Positions 1 to 10,610 of a stretch of 48,256 nucleotides of DNA are shown here, in pieces. The translations under genes and the position numbers were made by a program. Source of the stretch: Octopus bimaculoides (lineage: Eukaryota); contig NC_068981.1 in assembly GCF_001194135.2 (NCBI RefSeq), positions 144,875,697-144,923,952 of the forward strand. The letters run 5' to 3'. How positions within the stretch are numbered: the stretch's first letter is position 1; every line of letters starts with the position of its first letter. The notes below the pieces were generated by a model that saw only the letters and a program-made list of their open reading frames with translations, had not been told where the DNA came from and did not search any database.

Positions 1-404
1 GCAGCATTCCTGGTCTCTACGTCTTGTGTTCGTTCATGCGGAACGACTTGTTGGTCAGTCTCCTTGCCTGCTGTTAGAGGCAAATCGACCACGTGTGAAG
101 GCCTAGCCATATTTCTTTTACGAAATATGGCAAATAAGCCGTAGAAAAATCAAAAACTTTTGGAAATAAACTCCAGAAGGAGCCACTTCCTATTACAAAA
201 ACCCAATAGGGTCGAAGTGTATAGACTTATACACCTCTTCCACAAAAAATATTTTAAAACTGCAAAAGTTTTGACATATAAAAGGCCAACTTACTTGCGA
301 GCCGATGTGACTAGCATCCGTCCAGATCAGATAGATAGATAGATAGACAGGCAGGCTGATAGCCAGACAACGTTATAAATATTCTACTTTTTCTTTTAAC
401 CCCT

Positions 405-540
405 TCCCTTGTTTCAGGCACTGGACTGCGTTGATGCGGGTGCACGCATTAAAGTGTTTGATCGATCGTATCCACCAGAGTAATTGCTTTTAAGTCTTGT
501 GCTTATCGAAACGTTATTTATCGAAGCGTTAGTTAAGCTC
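405..540 (-). mobile_element. Degenerate 3' tail of family-B SINE
   Basis: TTGTTTCAGGCACTGGACTGCGTTGATGCGGGTGCAC resembles the reverse complement of the tail seen at 3455-3500 (GCATAGCCGCAGTCAAACGACTGAAACAAG); runs into (CA)n and a gap. Confidence 0.45.
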
Positions 541-609
541 ATCAAAATAAAAGCAGAAAGAACGAGCGCGTACATACACACACGCACACGTAAATACTTT
601 ATGTTTGTA

Positions 610-641
610 CATATACACACAAATACACACACACACACACA

Positions 642-684
<43 letters not shown>
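610..684. repeat. (CA)n microsatellite abutting assembly gap 685-1684
   Basis: Direct reading. Confidence 0.97.
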
Positions 685-1818
685 NNNNNNNNNNNNNNNN
701 NNNNNNNNNNNNNNNNNNNNNNNNNNNNNNNNNNNNNNNNNNNNNNNNNNNNNNNNNNNNNNNNNNNNNNNNNNNNNNNNNNNNNNNNNNNNNNNNNNNN
801 NNNNNNNNNNNNNNNNNNNNNNNNNNNNNNNNNNNNNNNNNNNNNNNNNNNNNNNNNNNNNNNNNNNNNNNNNNNNNNNNNNNNNNNNNNNNNNNNNNNN
901 NNNNNNNNNNNNNNNNNNNNNNNNNNNNNNNNNNNNNNNNNNNNNNNNNNNNNNNNNNNNNNNNNNNNNNNNNNNNNNNNNNNNNNNNNNNNNNNNNNNN
1001 NNNNNNNNNNNNNNNNNNNNNNNNNNNNNNNNNNNNNNNNNNNNNNNNNNNNNNNNNNNNNNNNNNNNNNNNNNNNNNNNNNNNNNNNNNNNNNNNNNNN
1101 NNNNNNNNNNNNNNNNNNNNNNNNNNNNNNNNNNNNNNNNNNNNNNNNNNNNNNNNNNNNNNNNNNNNNNNNNNNNNNNNNNNNNNNNNNNNNNNNNNNN
1201 NNNNNNNNNNNNNNNNNNNNNNNNNNNNNNNNNNNNNNNNNNNNNNNNNNNNNNNNNNNNNNNNNNNNNNNNNNNNNNNNNNNNNNNNNNNNNNNNNNNN
1301 NNNNNNNNNNNNNNNNNNNNNNNNNNNNNNNNNNNNNNNNNNNNNNNNNNNNNNNNNNNNNNNNNNNNNNNNNNNNNNNNNNNNNNNNNNNNNNNNNNNN
1401 NNNNNNNNNNNNNNNNNNNNNNNNNNNNNNNNNNNNNNNNNNNNNNNNNNNNNNNNNNNNNNNNNNNNNNNNNNNNNNNNNNNNNNNNNNNNNNNNNNNN
1501 NNNNNNNNNNNNNNNNNNNNNNNNNNNNNNNNNNNNNNNNNNNNNNNNNNNNNNNNNNNNNNNNNNNNNNNNNNNNNNNNNNNNNNNNNNNNNNNNNNNN
1601 NNNNNNNNNNNNNNNNNNNNNNNNNNNNNNNNNNNNNNNNNNNNNNNNNNNNNNNNNNNNNNNNNNNNNNNNNNNNNNNNNNNNTATATATTATCCTGGT
1701 AGGGTATGAAGATAGGATATTTTCAAAGCAATACTCTTCTCAAGCTCTCGGTTACCTACACTGATGGATTCCAGAAACACATCGCAGTTCTTCGGTTTCA
1801 GGGGTAGAAAAATATAGT

Positions 1819-1854
1819 TTCTTCTTCTTCTTCTTCTTCTTCTTCTTCTTCTTC
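1819..1854. repeat. (CTT)n microsatellite
   Basis: Direct reading. Confidence 0.97.
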
Positions 1855-2358
1855 CTGATTCCCTAAACCTACTTTTATCTACGCTGGCACAGTCTATTTA
1901 CATGTGCAACTTTATTTGTTTTCTTTTTCATTCTCTCCTAATATAAGCAAAACACAAAGTCTGGCAGATGCAAAATGTAGAGGGCACTTTGATGCATGTT
2001 TGAGGAAGTGTCACTTAAATGTTTAAAAACGTAAGTTTTCACTTTCGCACGAACTTTGACAGCGGTGTTCATACATAGAGAGTGGTATGAGGCATGTATA
2101 CATGTATTTATGTATGGATGCATGCATGAATAAAGTTATATATTCCTACCTACCTATATATATATATATGTGTGTGTAACAAAAGAATGGGTGTTTCCAC
2201 GAAGGAAAAAATATAGGAAAATGTGTTGTTGAAAATGCACATAAATTTCAAAAACTCGTAAATGTTTAAAATACATTTTTTTACATATATACCGAACTAT
2301 TTTCAACAATATTTTTTGTATAGCAATGGTAAAATTTTAAAGTTAGAAAAACATGTTT

Positions 2359-2453
2359 AAAAGTTTCAATGTTGTTAAATTAAAATGTTTCAATGTTGAC
2401 AAGCTAAAATGTCTCAATGTTACAAATTAAAATGTTTCAATGTTGAAAAAATT
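2359..2453. repeat. Minisatellite, 4 degenerate units of ~23-25 bp (AAAATGTTTCAATGTTG...AATT)
   Basis: AATGT(T/C)TCAATGTT core recurs four times in tandem. Confidence 0.85.
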
Positions 2454-3114
2454 AACAATTTCAAAACAGGTGTAAGTTTGAATGTTCATTGTAGTAAATA
2501 AAATTAAAACTGCATATCAATTTGTTTGAATGTACAAAGTTCATTAATTTTAGTAGTGGTCGACAAGTCATAATGAAAAAAATAAGTATGAAATGAAAAT
2601 AGTAAAGAAAGGGAATTTGGTTTACAGTTTCCCTGATCCTCTTCTAATAAACGCTTTCCCTTGTAGTGATATATTTTGGGATCAGATGAATTTATAATTT
2701 TTTTCCGTGAGCGGATCTGATTTTTGATTCATTAAAATTCTGGTGACGTTTTTTCCGTCGTCAAGCTTGTCGTTCTGCTTGTTTGGTTTCCTTGTGGATA
2801 CTGTCATAAGTCGTTCCGGTTAGTTGGTTCTCTTAAAGGGTCATTTCGTTGTATTCGGGGAAGTTCAGTTTTGATTGGTCTGGAGTTAGGTAACGTCAGC
2901 ATCTGGTGTTTGTAGAATTTCATTTGAATGGAGGTGGTGACGACAGCAACTGGTTTTTGTATAATGATTTTGAGTTGCGGTTCTGGAACCCTGGTGGAAG
3001 ATTGATACTAAATATGTAAAAATATATATTCTGGCATATATATATATATATATATANNNNNNNNNNNNNNNNNNNNNNNNNNNNNNNNNNNNNNNNNNNN
3101 NNNNNNNNNNNNNN

Positions 3115-3215
3115 ACATTGGGGAAGTGTCTTCTACTATAGCCTCGGGCAGACCAAAGCTTTGTGAGTGGATTTGGTAGACGGAAACTGAAAGAAGCCCG
3201 TCGTATATATGTACA

Positions 3216-3247
<32 letters not shown>

Positions 3248-3505
3248 TGTGTGTGTGTATGTGTGTGCGTGTGTGTGTGCGTGTGTGTGTGTTTTTGTGT
3301 GTCTGTGTTTGTGCCCCCAACATCGCTTGACAACCGATGTTGGTGTGTTTACGTTCCTGTAACTCACCGGTTCGGCAAAGACACCGCCGATAGAATATGT
3401 ACTAGGCTTACAAAGAATAAGTCCTGGAGTCGATTTCCTCGACTAAAGGCGTTGCTCCTGCATAGCCGCAGTCAAACGACTGAAACAAGTAAAAGAGTAA
3501 AAGAG
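3115..3505 (+). mobile_element. Family-B SINE (CORE-like segment, internal (TA)/(TG)n, conserved tail); 5' head lost in gap
   Basis: GGGAAGTGTCTTCTACTATAGCC...GGATTTGGTAGACGGAAACTGAAAGAAGCCCGTCG, microsatellite, then tail ending GAAACAAGTAAAAGAGTAAAAGAG; homologous to copies at 3946, 27231, 36160, 47960. Confidence 0.9.
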
Positions 3506-3528
3506 TATATGCATACACACACATATAT

Positions 3529-3751
3529 GCTGGCAGAAACGTTAGCACGCCAGCCGAAATGCTTAGTGGTATTTCGTCTGCCGCTACGTTCTGAGTTCAA
3601 ATTCCGCCGAGGTCGACTTTGCCTTTCATCCTTTCGGGGTCGATTAAATAAGTACCAGTTACGCACTGGGGTCGATATAATCGATTTAATCCGTTTGTCT
3701 GTCTTTGTTTGTCCCCTGTGTGTGTAGCCCCTTGTGGGTAATAAAGAAATA
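3529..3751 (+). mobile_element. Family-A tRNA-derived SINE, near full length
   Basis: A-box-like TGGCAGAAACG, B-box-like GAGTTCAAATTCC, central GTCGACTTTGCCTTTCATCCTTTCGGGGTCGAT..AAGTACCAG; many copies in window. Confidence 0.92.
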
Positions 3752-3945
3752 ACACATATATATATGAATATATATATAAATATATATGTGTATATATGAA
3801 TGTGTGTGTGTACATATATGTATTTTATATATTAGATATATATACACATACATGTATGTACATACATATATTAATATACATAGATAGATTGAATATGTGA
3901 GTGCGTGTGTAAGTTTGTGTGTGTGTGTGTGTGTGTGTCTTTTTT

Positions 3946-4364
3946 TCTTTTACTTGTTTCGTTCATTAGATGCAGCCTCACTGGAGCACCGTCATGAAGA
4001 ATTTTTCGTGAAATGTTTCGATCCCATTACTTATATTTTAAAAGCCTGGTACTTATTCTGCAAGGTACTTTTGCCGAACCGCTAAGTTACGAAGATCTAA
4101 ATAGACCAGCACGAGGACAAACATAATCTCAAAGACACACATAATCACAAAGTAACATACCCACACACACACACACATACGCATATACATACATACATAC
4201 ATACATACATACATACGACTGGCCTGTTTCAGTTCCGTCTACCAAATCCGCTGTCTTTGGTCGGCACGAGGCTAGAGCAGAGGACACTTGCTCAAATCCC
4301 ACGCAGTGGCAATGACCCCCGAACCATGTGGTTGGAGAGCAAGTTTCTTACCACACAGCACCGC
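3946..4364 (-). mobile_element. Family-B SINE, full length, older copy
   Basis: Reverse complement has tRNA-like head (GTGTGGTAAGAAACTTGC...GGTTCGG), CORE-like GAGCAAGTGTCC, internal (TATG)n and the family tail. Confidence 0.85.
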
Positions 4365-5279
4365 TGTATGTATATCTTTTAAATTCGTTTAGGTAACGTT
4401 AGTGGTATGCAAATAAAGCTCTTATTTCATTATGTCGGCTACCGTCTAATAATACTGACTAGTAAGTCAGTTTTTCGGGGTTGCACCATGGTTATACCGA
4501 TATAATGTAGGATAAATATAATAGCAATAATTCTAGGATGGAATTTATAAGCATTTAATATATTTATATATACGTGAATCATCCGGAACTAATACTTTGT
4601 CAAACTCATTTGTGTAACTAATGTACCGATCTGAAATACCTTTACTGCTGTCATTTCTCCTTATGTGATTTCATAAATTAAACATTAGCATTTGTAACTT
4701 GACTGAAGTGGCTATCAATATCACTTAGTGTTGACGGAGTTTAAAAAGAAACTGAATATGATCTCTTCTCTATTCCTGAATCTAATAAGTAAAACAAATT
4801 CCTTTCGTGCGCTTACAATGAGTTAATATCTTACTTATGCTTTTTAAAACTGGAATTAAACACATGACGTCTGAAAGCCCTCGAAGGCCGTTGAAATCAA
4901 AAGCAGCTGTCATAATGCTGCTATGGAAATACATTGGCATGGAAGGAATTCTAGAATTCTTGAGCTATTGGGGTACTAAGAAGTAAAACATTGCCAAATA
5001 TTTATATGAATGAATGATCATTTATAAATAAAGTGAATCATAAGTCATTAGATAGTTGACTTGATAACTAGTAAAGTTGTTATTCTATTTGTAGCCAAAC
5101 ATGAACATATAGGCAATTGGACAGTGGCAGATAAAACAGAATTATTTAATAAACAGTCTGAAATAGAAATGAATAAGCAAACACCTCGGTGGTATTTGTG
5201 AAACCAGATCATATAGAGCCAGAAGAAATACCGTGTGACACCTTCTCCGATTCTACACGATCACTGCCATTACCGCCAC

Positions 5280-5280
5280 T

Positions 5281-5322
<42 letters not shown>

Positions 5323-5335
5323 AATAATAATAATG

Positions 5336-5377
<42 letters not shown>
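5280..5377. repeat. Compound (AAC)n(AAT)n microsatellite
   Basis: Direct reading. Confidence 0.97.
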
Positions 5378-5380
<3 letters not shown>

Positions 5381-5727
5381 CGAAGGGCCTATATTTAGTT
5401 CAAGGCTACTGGCTAAAGAAATTCAGTAGTTTATATGGGAGGCAGAGGGAACAAATTTAGGATTGCCTTAATGGAGGAATGATACCAAATTGGATGACTA
5501 GAGGGAGGACAATATTCATTATGAAGGATAAGAGCAAGGGTAATACACCGAGAAACTGTAGACCAATCACTTGTTTACCATTAGTGTCAAAGCTGTTAAC
5601 AGAAATGCTTTCAGAACGTATTTACGAGCACCTTGACAACAAGAATTTAATACCAGAAGAACATAAATGTTGTAGGATGAAGGCGAGAGGAACGCATGAT
5701 CTATTATATGTAGACAAAGCAGTTCTA
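5378..5727 (+). mobile_element. R4/Dong-clade non-LTR retrotransposon, RT N-terminal fragment (decayed)
   Basis: QGYWLKKFSSL...IPNWMTRGRTIFIMKDKSKGN..NCRPITCLPL.SKLLT...LIPEEHKCC..KARGT.DLLYVDKAVL matches RT domains 0-2 of RLE-type R4-clade elements. Confidence 0.88.
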
Positions 5728-5915
5728 AATGGAAAATCTAACAATAGCAAACCTCGGTGCTATACCAGCATGCCAAAGAACAACATGGTGGTGTACTGGA
5801 CCGAATTAGCATAGAAATCCTGTCTAGACACCCCGGTGACGCATCGTTACGGCAAATACAAGAGTCAGTCCTCATAACTGAAACACGACCAATTTTGAAC
5901 AGCAAATACACGTAG
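5728..5915 (+). mobile_element. Penelope-like element fragment: GIY-YIG endonuclease C-terminus
   Basis: Frame 5748-5915 reads QTSVLYQHAKEQHGGVLDRISIEILSRHPGDASLRQIQESVLITETRPILNSKYT*, fitting the PLE pattern S.L..H...H....IL.....RQI.E...I....P.LNSK; too short for the ORF track. Confidence 0.75.
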
Positions 5916-6810
5916 ATAAAAGCCTTACAATTACCCATGGTTGCATATGTTGTTCACACATAAAATACAGAACGTGAACGTAAATAAAAAAGATGCATTT
6001 ACGAAGAAAACAAAAAAATAACAGAAAGGAAACCAAAACCAAGTCCAAAGTCTCTATCTTATCTGATATAAAGGAANNNNNNNNNNNNNNNNNNNNNNNN
6101 NNNNNNNNNNNNNNNNNNNNNNNNNNNNNNNNNNNNNNNNNNNNNNNNNNNNNNNNNNNNNNNNNNNNNNNNNNNNNNNNNNNNNNNNNNNNNNNNNNNN
6201 NNNNNNNNNNNNNNNNNNNNNNNNNNNNNNNNNNNNNNNNNNNNNNNNNNNNNNNNNNNNNNNNNNNNNNNNNNNNNNNNNNNNNNNNNNNNNNNNNNNN
6301 NNNNNNNNNNNNNNNNNNNNNNNNNNNNNNNNNNNNNNNNNNNNNNNNNNNNNNNNNNNNNNNNNNNNNNNNNNNNNNNNNNNNNNNNNNNNNNNNNNNN
6401 NNNNNNNNNNNNNNNNNNNNNNNNNNNNNNNNNNNNNNNNNNNNNNNNNNNNNNNNNNNNNNNNNNNNNNNNNNNNNNNNNNNNNNNNNNNNNNNNNNNN
6501 NNNNNNNNNNNNNNNNNNNNNNNNNNNNNNNNNNNNNNNNNNNNNNNNNNNNNNNNNNNNNNNNNNNNNNNNNNNNNNNNNNNNNNNNNNNNNNNNNNNN
6601 NNNNNNNNNNNNNNNNNNNNNNNNNNNNNNNNNNNNNNNNNNNNNNNNNNNNNNNNNNNNNNNNNNNNNNNNNNNNNNNNNNNNNNNNNNNNNNNNNNNN
6701 NNNNNNNNNNNNNNNNNNNNNNNNNNNNNNNNNNNNNNNNNNNNNNNNNNNNNNNNNNNNNNNNNNNNNNNNNNNNNNNNNNNNNNNNNNNNNNNNNNNN
6801 NNNNNNNNNA

Positions 6811-6881
6811 TAATATTATTATTATTATTATTATAATAATAATAATAATAATTATAATAATAATAATAATAATAATAATAA
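6811..6881. repeat. (ATT)n/(AAT)n microsatellite after gap 6077-6809
   Basis: Direct reading. Confidence 0.95.
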
Positions 6882-7412
6882 TGGCTTCTGGTCTTAACTG
6901 ATTGGAAGTGCTATTATGTTATTATGTACATTATTTTGTCTTGGTATAAGAGATGGACTACAGCAAATATTCTGCTCAATACTACAGATTTGCTTGTCAG
7001 TTGTTTGACATTAACCAGTTGAGCATGTCTCTTAGTGGTTGACGATATGTGCATCACTGATCACGAACAGAAATAGTTGGGGAGCATCATAACCATATGT
7101 TCACAGAAATTCTCTGTCGTCTGGATAATTCACCTCTGAAAACATATATGTTTTGTTAAACATCTTTAAACAACCCTCGTTTATGGAACTTCTGAGCAGG
7201 ATGGTCTACTCGATCACAAGAAAATTCTGACTGGGCCTCACCTGCAAGGTCATACGCTGCTTATCTTCATATGAGATCACTATGTCGAGCACATATGGTT
7301 GTGATGCATGTGCCTGGTGTACCCTTATCAGACGGGTAGTCATGATGGGTGTACTGGGCTTCGCATATATTGCCCCAGAGTCATTTTGATGGCATGCACT
7401 GCTCTCTCACTC
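6882..7412. mobile_element. Non-coding interspersed repeat (~530 bp) flanked by (AAT)n on both sides; family unassigned
   Basis: GC-richer block with sharp edges at AAT tracts, lying between the two R4 fragments; recognised from memory as a common octopus repeat, only one copy in this window. Confidence 0.55.
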
Positions 7413-7427
7413 AATGATAATAATAAT

Positions 7428-8690
7428 AGCGTTCAACGAAATCATGGAGAAAGAAATGAAAGAACAGCTGAGGAAAGAATCTTTCAGAAGACTAAGATTG
7501 GTATTGCGCTCAAAATTGACTGGCTGGAATAAAATTCAAGCAGTAAATACATGGGTGATAGAATCACTTGGGTATGGAGCTAGAGTCATAAATTGGCAAA
7601 AGAAAGAACTGATGAGCATGGATACGAAGACAAGAAAAATATTGACCATGTACGGAGCATTCCATCTCAAAATTGACACTAGTAGGTTGTACTTGTCCAG
7701 AAGAAATGGTGGGAGAAGTTTCTTTAGTTGCCAGGAATGTGTAGTAGCAAAGTCAAAAAGGTTAGAGTGGTATGTGGAAAATGCCGTGTAATCATTGCTG
7801 AAGCACGTGCAGGAGTTCGATATCATCAAAATTCATAATTTTGTAAAGAAAGAAAGACATAAAGTGGAAGAGAACTCGAAAAAGAATAGCATGGAAGGGT
7901 AAAAGAAAATGTGCGGCCAGTTTGCAAGAGATACGAGCGTCAAGAGAGATACTGATGACGGGAGGAATGACCTGAAGATAGAGACAGAAGCATCAATATG
8001 TGCGGCACAAGAAAAAGAGTTAAGAACTAACTATGTGAAGTGCAGAATTGACAACAGAACTGAGAGCGACAAATGCAGAATGTGTGGTGAGAGAGGTGAA
8101 ACGGTATGGCACATTGTTAGTGAATGCCCGAAATTGGCACGACATGATTACAAATAACAACATGACAATGTGGCAAGAATGATCCATTGGGAGCTCTGTG
8201 GAAATCACAGCCTACAAAGAGCAAAGACGTGGTATGACCAAATCCCAGGAGTTACCAAGAACGAAGACTACAAAATCCTGTGGGATGCAATGATTCAGTG
8301 TGTCCATCAGATCAGACATTGGAAGCCTGACAGTGTTGTGGTGAACAAAAAAGAAAACAAAACTGTTAACAACAGAATCAATAAGAAAGAAGAGTATCTG
8401 AACACCTATGACGATTTGAAGTGGGAAATACGCAAGTTGTGGGCAATGAAAGGAGTGAACTTATTAATTGGCGCACTTGGAAGTATCAGCACTCAACTAC
8501 CAACATGGCTCAAAAAGATTGGGGCAGATGTAAAGACAGAACCCCATTTGTGCTTGGAACTGCAAGATTTTTCTGCAGGGTTCTTGAAGCATGATCAGTA
8601 AACAAGTGACACCTTAGTCTACTGGCCGTGGACAGCTGACACTTTCCATAATAACCAGCAAAATAAGCTGAGAGTTTTAATCAGATGATT
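7428..8690 (+). mobile_element. R4/Dong-clade non-LTR retrotransposon, 3' part (thumb, CCHC knuckle, RLE endonuclease, 3' UTR), decayed
   Basis: RLYLSRRNGGR; ETEASICAAQE..LRTN; CRMCGERGETVWHIVSECPKL; HDNVARMIHW; KILWD..IQ....HWKPD; YDDLKWEIRKLW; IGALG, with stops and frameshifts. Confidence 0.93.
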
Positions 8691-8694
8691 ATTG

Positions 8695-8850
8695 GTCCGA
8701 TACCTAGAATTTAATGGGAGAGGTGAAATAATTGAAGTGACGTGGGTGCTTGAATATTTTATCGGCTCGGGAAAGATGAAATGCAAAGATGCTTGTTAGG
8801 ATTTATTCCTACAACGTAAACACACAAATACTAAGCCCCACCTAGAATAG
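8695..8850 (-). mobile_element. Family-A SINE, degenerate, internally deleted
   Basis: ATTTTATCGGCTCGGGAAAGATGAAATGCAAAG resembles the reverse complement of the central domain; shares diagnostic changes with the 32240-32445 copy. Confidence 0.65.
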
Positions 8851-9024
8851 AGGCTAAATCAATTTAACGAACCATTCTATTAATAAAAAGCTAAAATATC
8901 TTTTACTCGTACATTTCTTTCATTGTCATGGTGTTGGGCTGGTTGGAAGAACAACTTCAAACTTTAATTTAAATTAATTCAGACAAAACTAAAATACTTT
9001 CAGAAATAATAATAATCTTTTAAT

Positions 9025-9233
9025 CTTTTTCTATTATATACAAAAGGCGGGAAATTGGAGAGGAATAGTGCTATTCGATTGCATCGACCCCAATAATTTA
9101 CTGGTAGTTATTTCATTGATCCCGAAATGATAAAATGCAGTCAGTGTCTGACTTTGAAATCATGACGTAAAGCGGGAAGGAATGCCGCTAACCATTTTGT
9201 CCGGCGTGGTAATGACTTTGACAGATCGCTGCC
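9025..9233 (-). mobile_element. Family-A SINE, degenerate full length
   Basis: Reverse complement begins GGCAGCGATCTGTCAAAG..., has TGGGGTCGATGCAATCGA and an (ATT) tail. Confidence 0.8.
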
Positions 9234-10494
9234 TTATAATTAGATATATAATGATATGGAGAGGTTTATATTGGTGATTATATATTTTGAAAAGTAATTT
9301 CTGAATTAGATTTCATTTGTATGATAAATGATGGAGAAGATACCGAGGCGGTGATATGGTGAAATAGATATTGATGGAGATATTTTTGACTGAGCTTGAC
9401 GCAAGCCAATTCATTTGATGTATAGATGTATATAAAGAAAGACGAAAAATATAGATATTCTCATAATTAATAAGTATTATTCATGATATTTAATAACTAT
9501 ATGAGTTAATTAAATTTCTACGTTGATTGAGAGATCCAATTTAGTGTAATTACACATTTTTATAACTTATATGAGGATTTAACGTTTTAAAAGTGGTGCA
9601 GAGAACTACAGATATAATATGAATAATGAATCAGTGAGGCGAATAAATATATTGATTTTGATAACTGCAGCATGCATTTACCAAATGTGGACACAGAAGC
9701 CACTGTACTACCATGGAAAAAGTAAGCATGTTTTAAGAGCATGTTTGTGTTGTGGTAGTTTTGGTCAGTGAAAAATCACCTATCAGACAGTCACCTATTT
9801 TCTTTAATGCTATGCTAAACGATGGTGTATTTGACTATTTTATCAACAATTACTTCAGGGAGAGATGCAGTATATATATTAGTTTGTTTGTTTTTGTTTT
9901 GTTTTATCATTTTTGTTAGTTTATTTGTTTAGGTGTATTTATAATTTGAAATTGGGCTACTAGAAAGTCATATCTTAATTTTTTTCTGTAAAGCGTCTTT
10001 TTGTTTATAAGAATTATGAATGGTCTCAGAATGAGTTCCTCTTAGACAAAAATGCTGTTCACCATATATATGAAATGTAATGGAGCTAAACGTTGCACAC
10101 ACGCACTACTGCCGCTGCTATTATTGTTATTGTTGTTACTGTTACCATTGCCGTTATTACTATCGTTGTTCATCAGAGATCTGATATAGCAAACTTATGA
10201 TGAAAATTGTTCCAGCCTTTTTTTTTCTTTTGCTTCTAAAAATGCATCCGAAACTACATTATAATGTATTCTTCGTTTTTTTAAAGCCAGTATAGTAGCT
10301 GTGATTTCATTAATATGTACTACTATTTCTGTACTTGTCCTTGACCACATAGGGTCTCTCATCTTTCGGTTCCTGTTACATTTACTGGCTTTATATGACT
10401 GAAACCTAAATTGTGTCTGCCGCACCTCATCTTTAATAGAAAAAGAAGCTAACATAAGATATACCACCTGATATTTAGCTACAGCTTCTAGTGT

Positions 10495-10610
10495 TATGAG
10501 TTCAAATCTTTACATAGTATATCTTACCTTTCATCCTACCAGAGCGAGAAATTAAAATAGCAGTCAAGTACAGAGTTCGATATATCTCACTGCTATCTCT
10601 TCTCAAATAT
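10495..10610 (+). mobile_element. Family-A SINE fragment
   Basis: GAGTTCAAATCT...TTACCTTTCATCCT...AAAATAGCAGTCAAGTACAGAGTTCGAT. Confidence 0.55.

Noticed and set aside
106-131. 10-bp hairpin GCCATATTTC/GAAATATGGC, a possible Helitron 3' hairpin
   Set aside because: No CTRR terminus at the proper distance; short hairpins are expected by chance
1755-1790. CTGATGGATTCCAGAAACACATC, a partial hammerhead/PLE-like motif
   Set aside because: Core incomplete and no stem I pairing
2359-2453. Short tandem units that could be mistaken for a CRISPR array
   Set aside because: No unique spacers, eukaryotic context and no cas genes
2962-2985. Minus-strand FQNRNSK after an acceptor-like AG, recalling homeobox WFQNRR
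   Set aside because: No Trp or RR, a stop follows within ~20 codons, and no other helix-3 context
3529-3610. tRNA-gene-like A/B boxes here and in other SINE heads
   Set aside because: No cloverleaf or oligo-T terminator; they continue into SINE bodies, so they are not tRNA genes
10335-10430. Minus-strand acceptor followed by open frame DEVRQTQFRFQSYKASKCNRNRKMRDPMW
   Set aside because: Only weak donors (GTCAAG, GTACAG) and no recognisable protein
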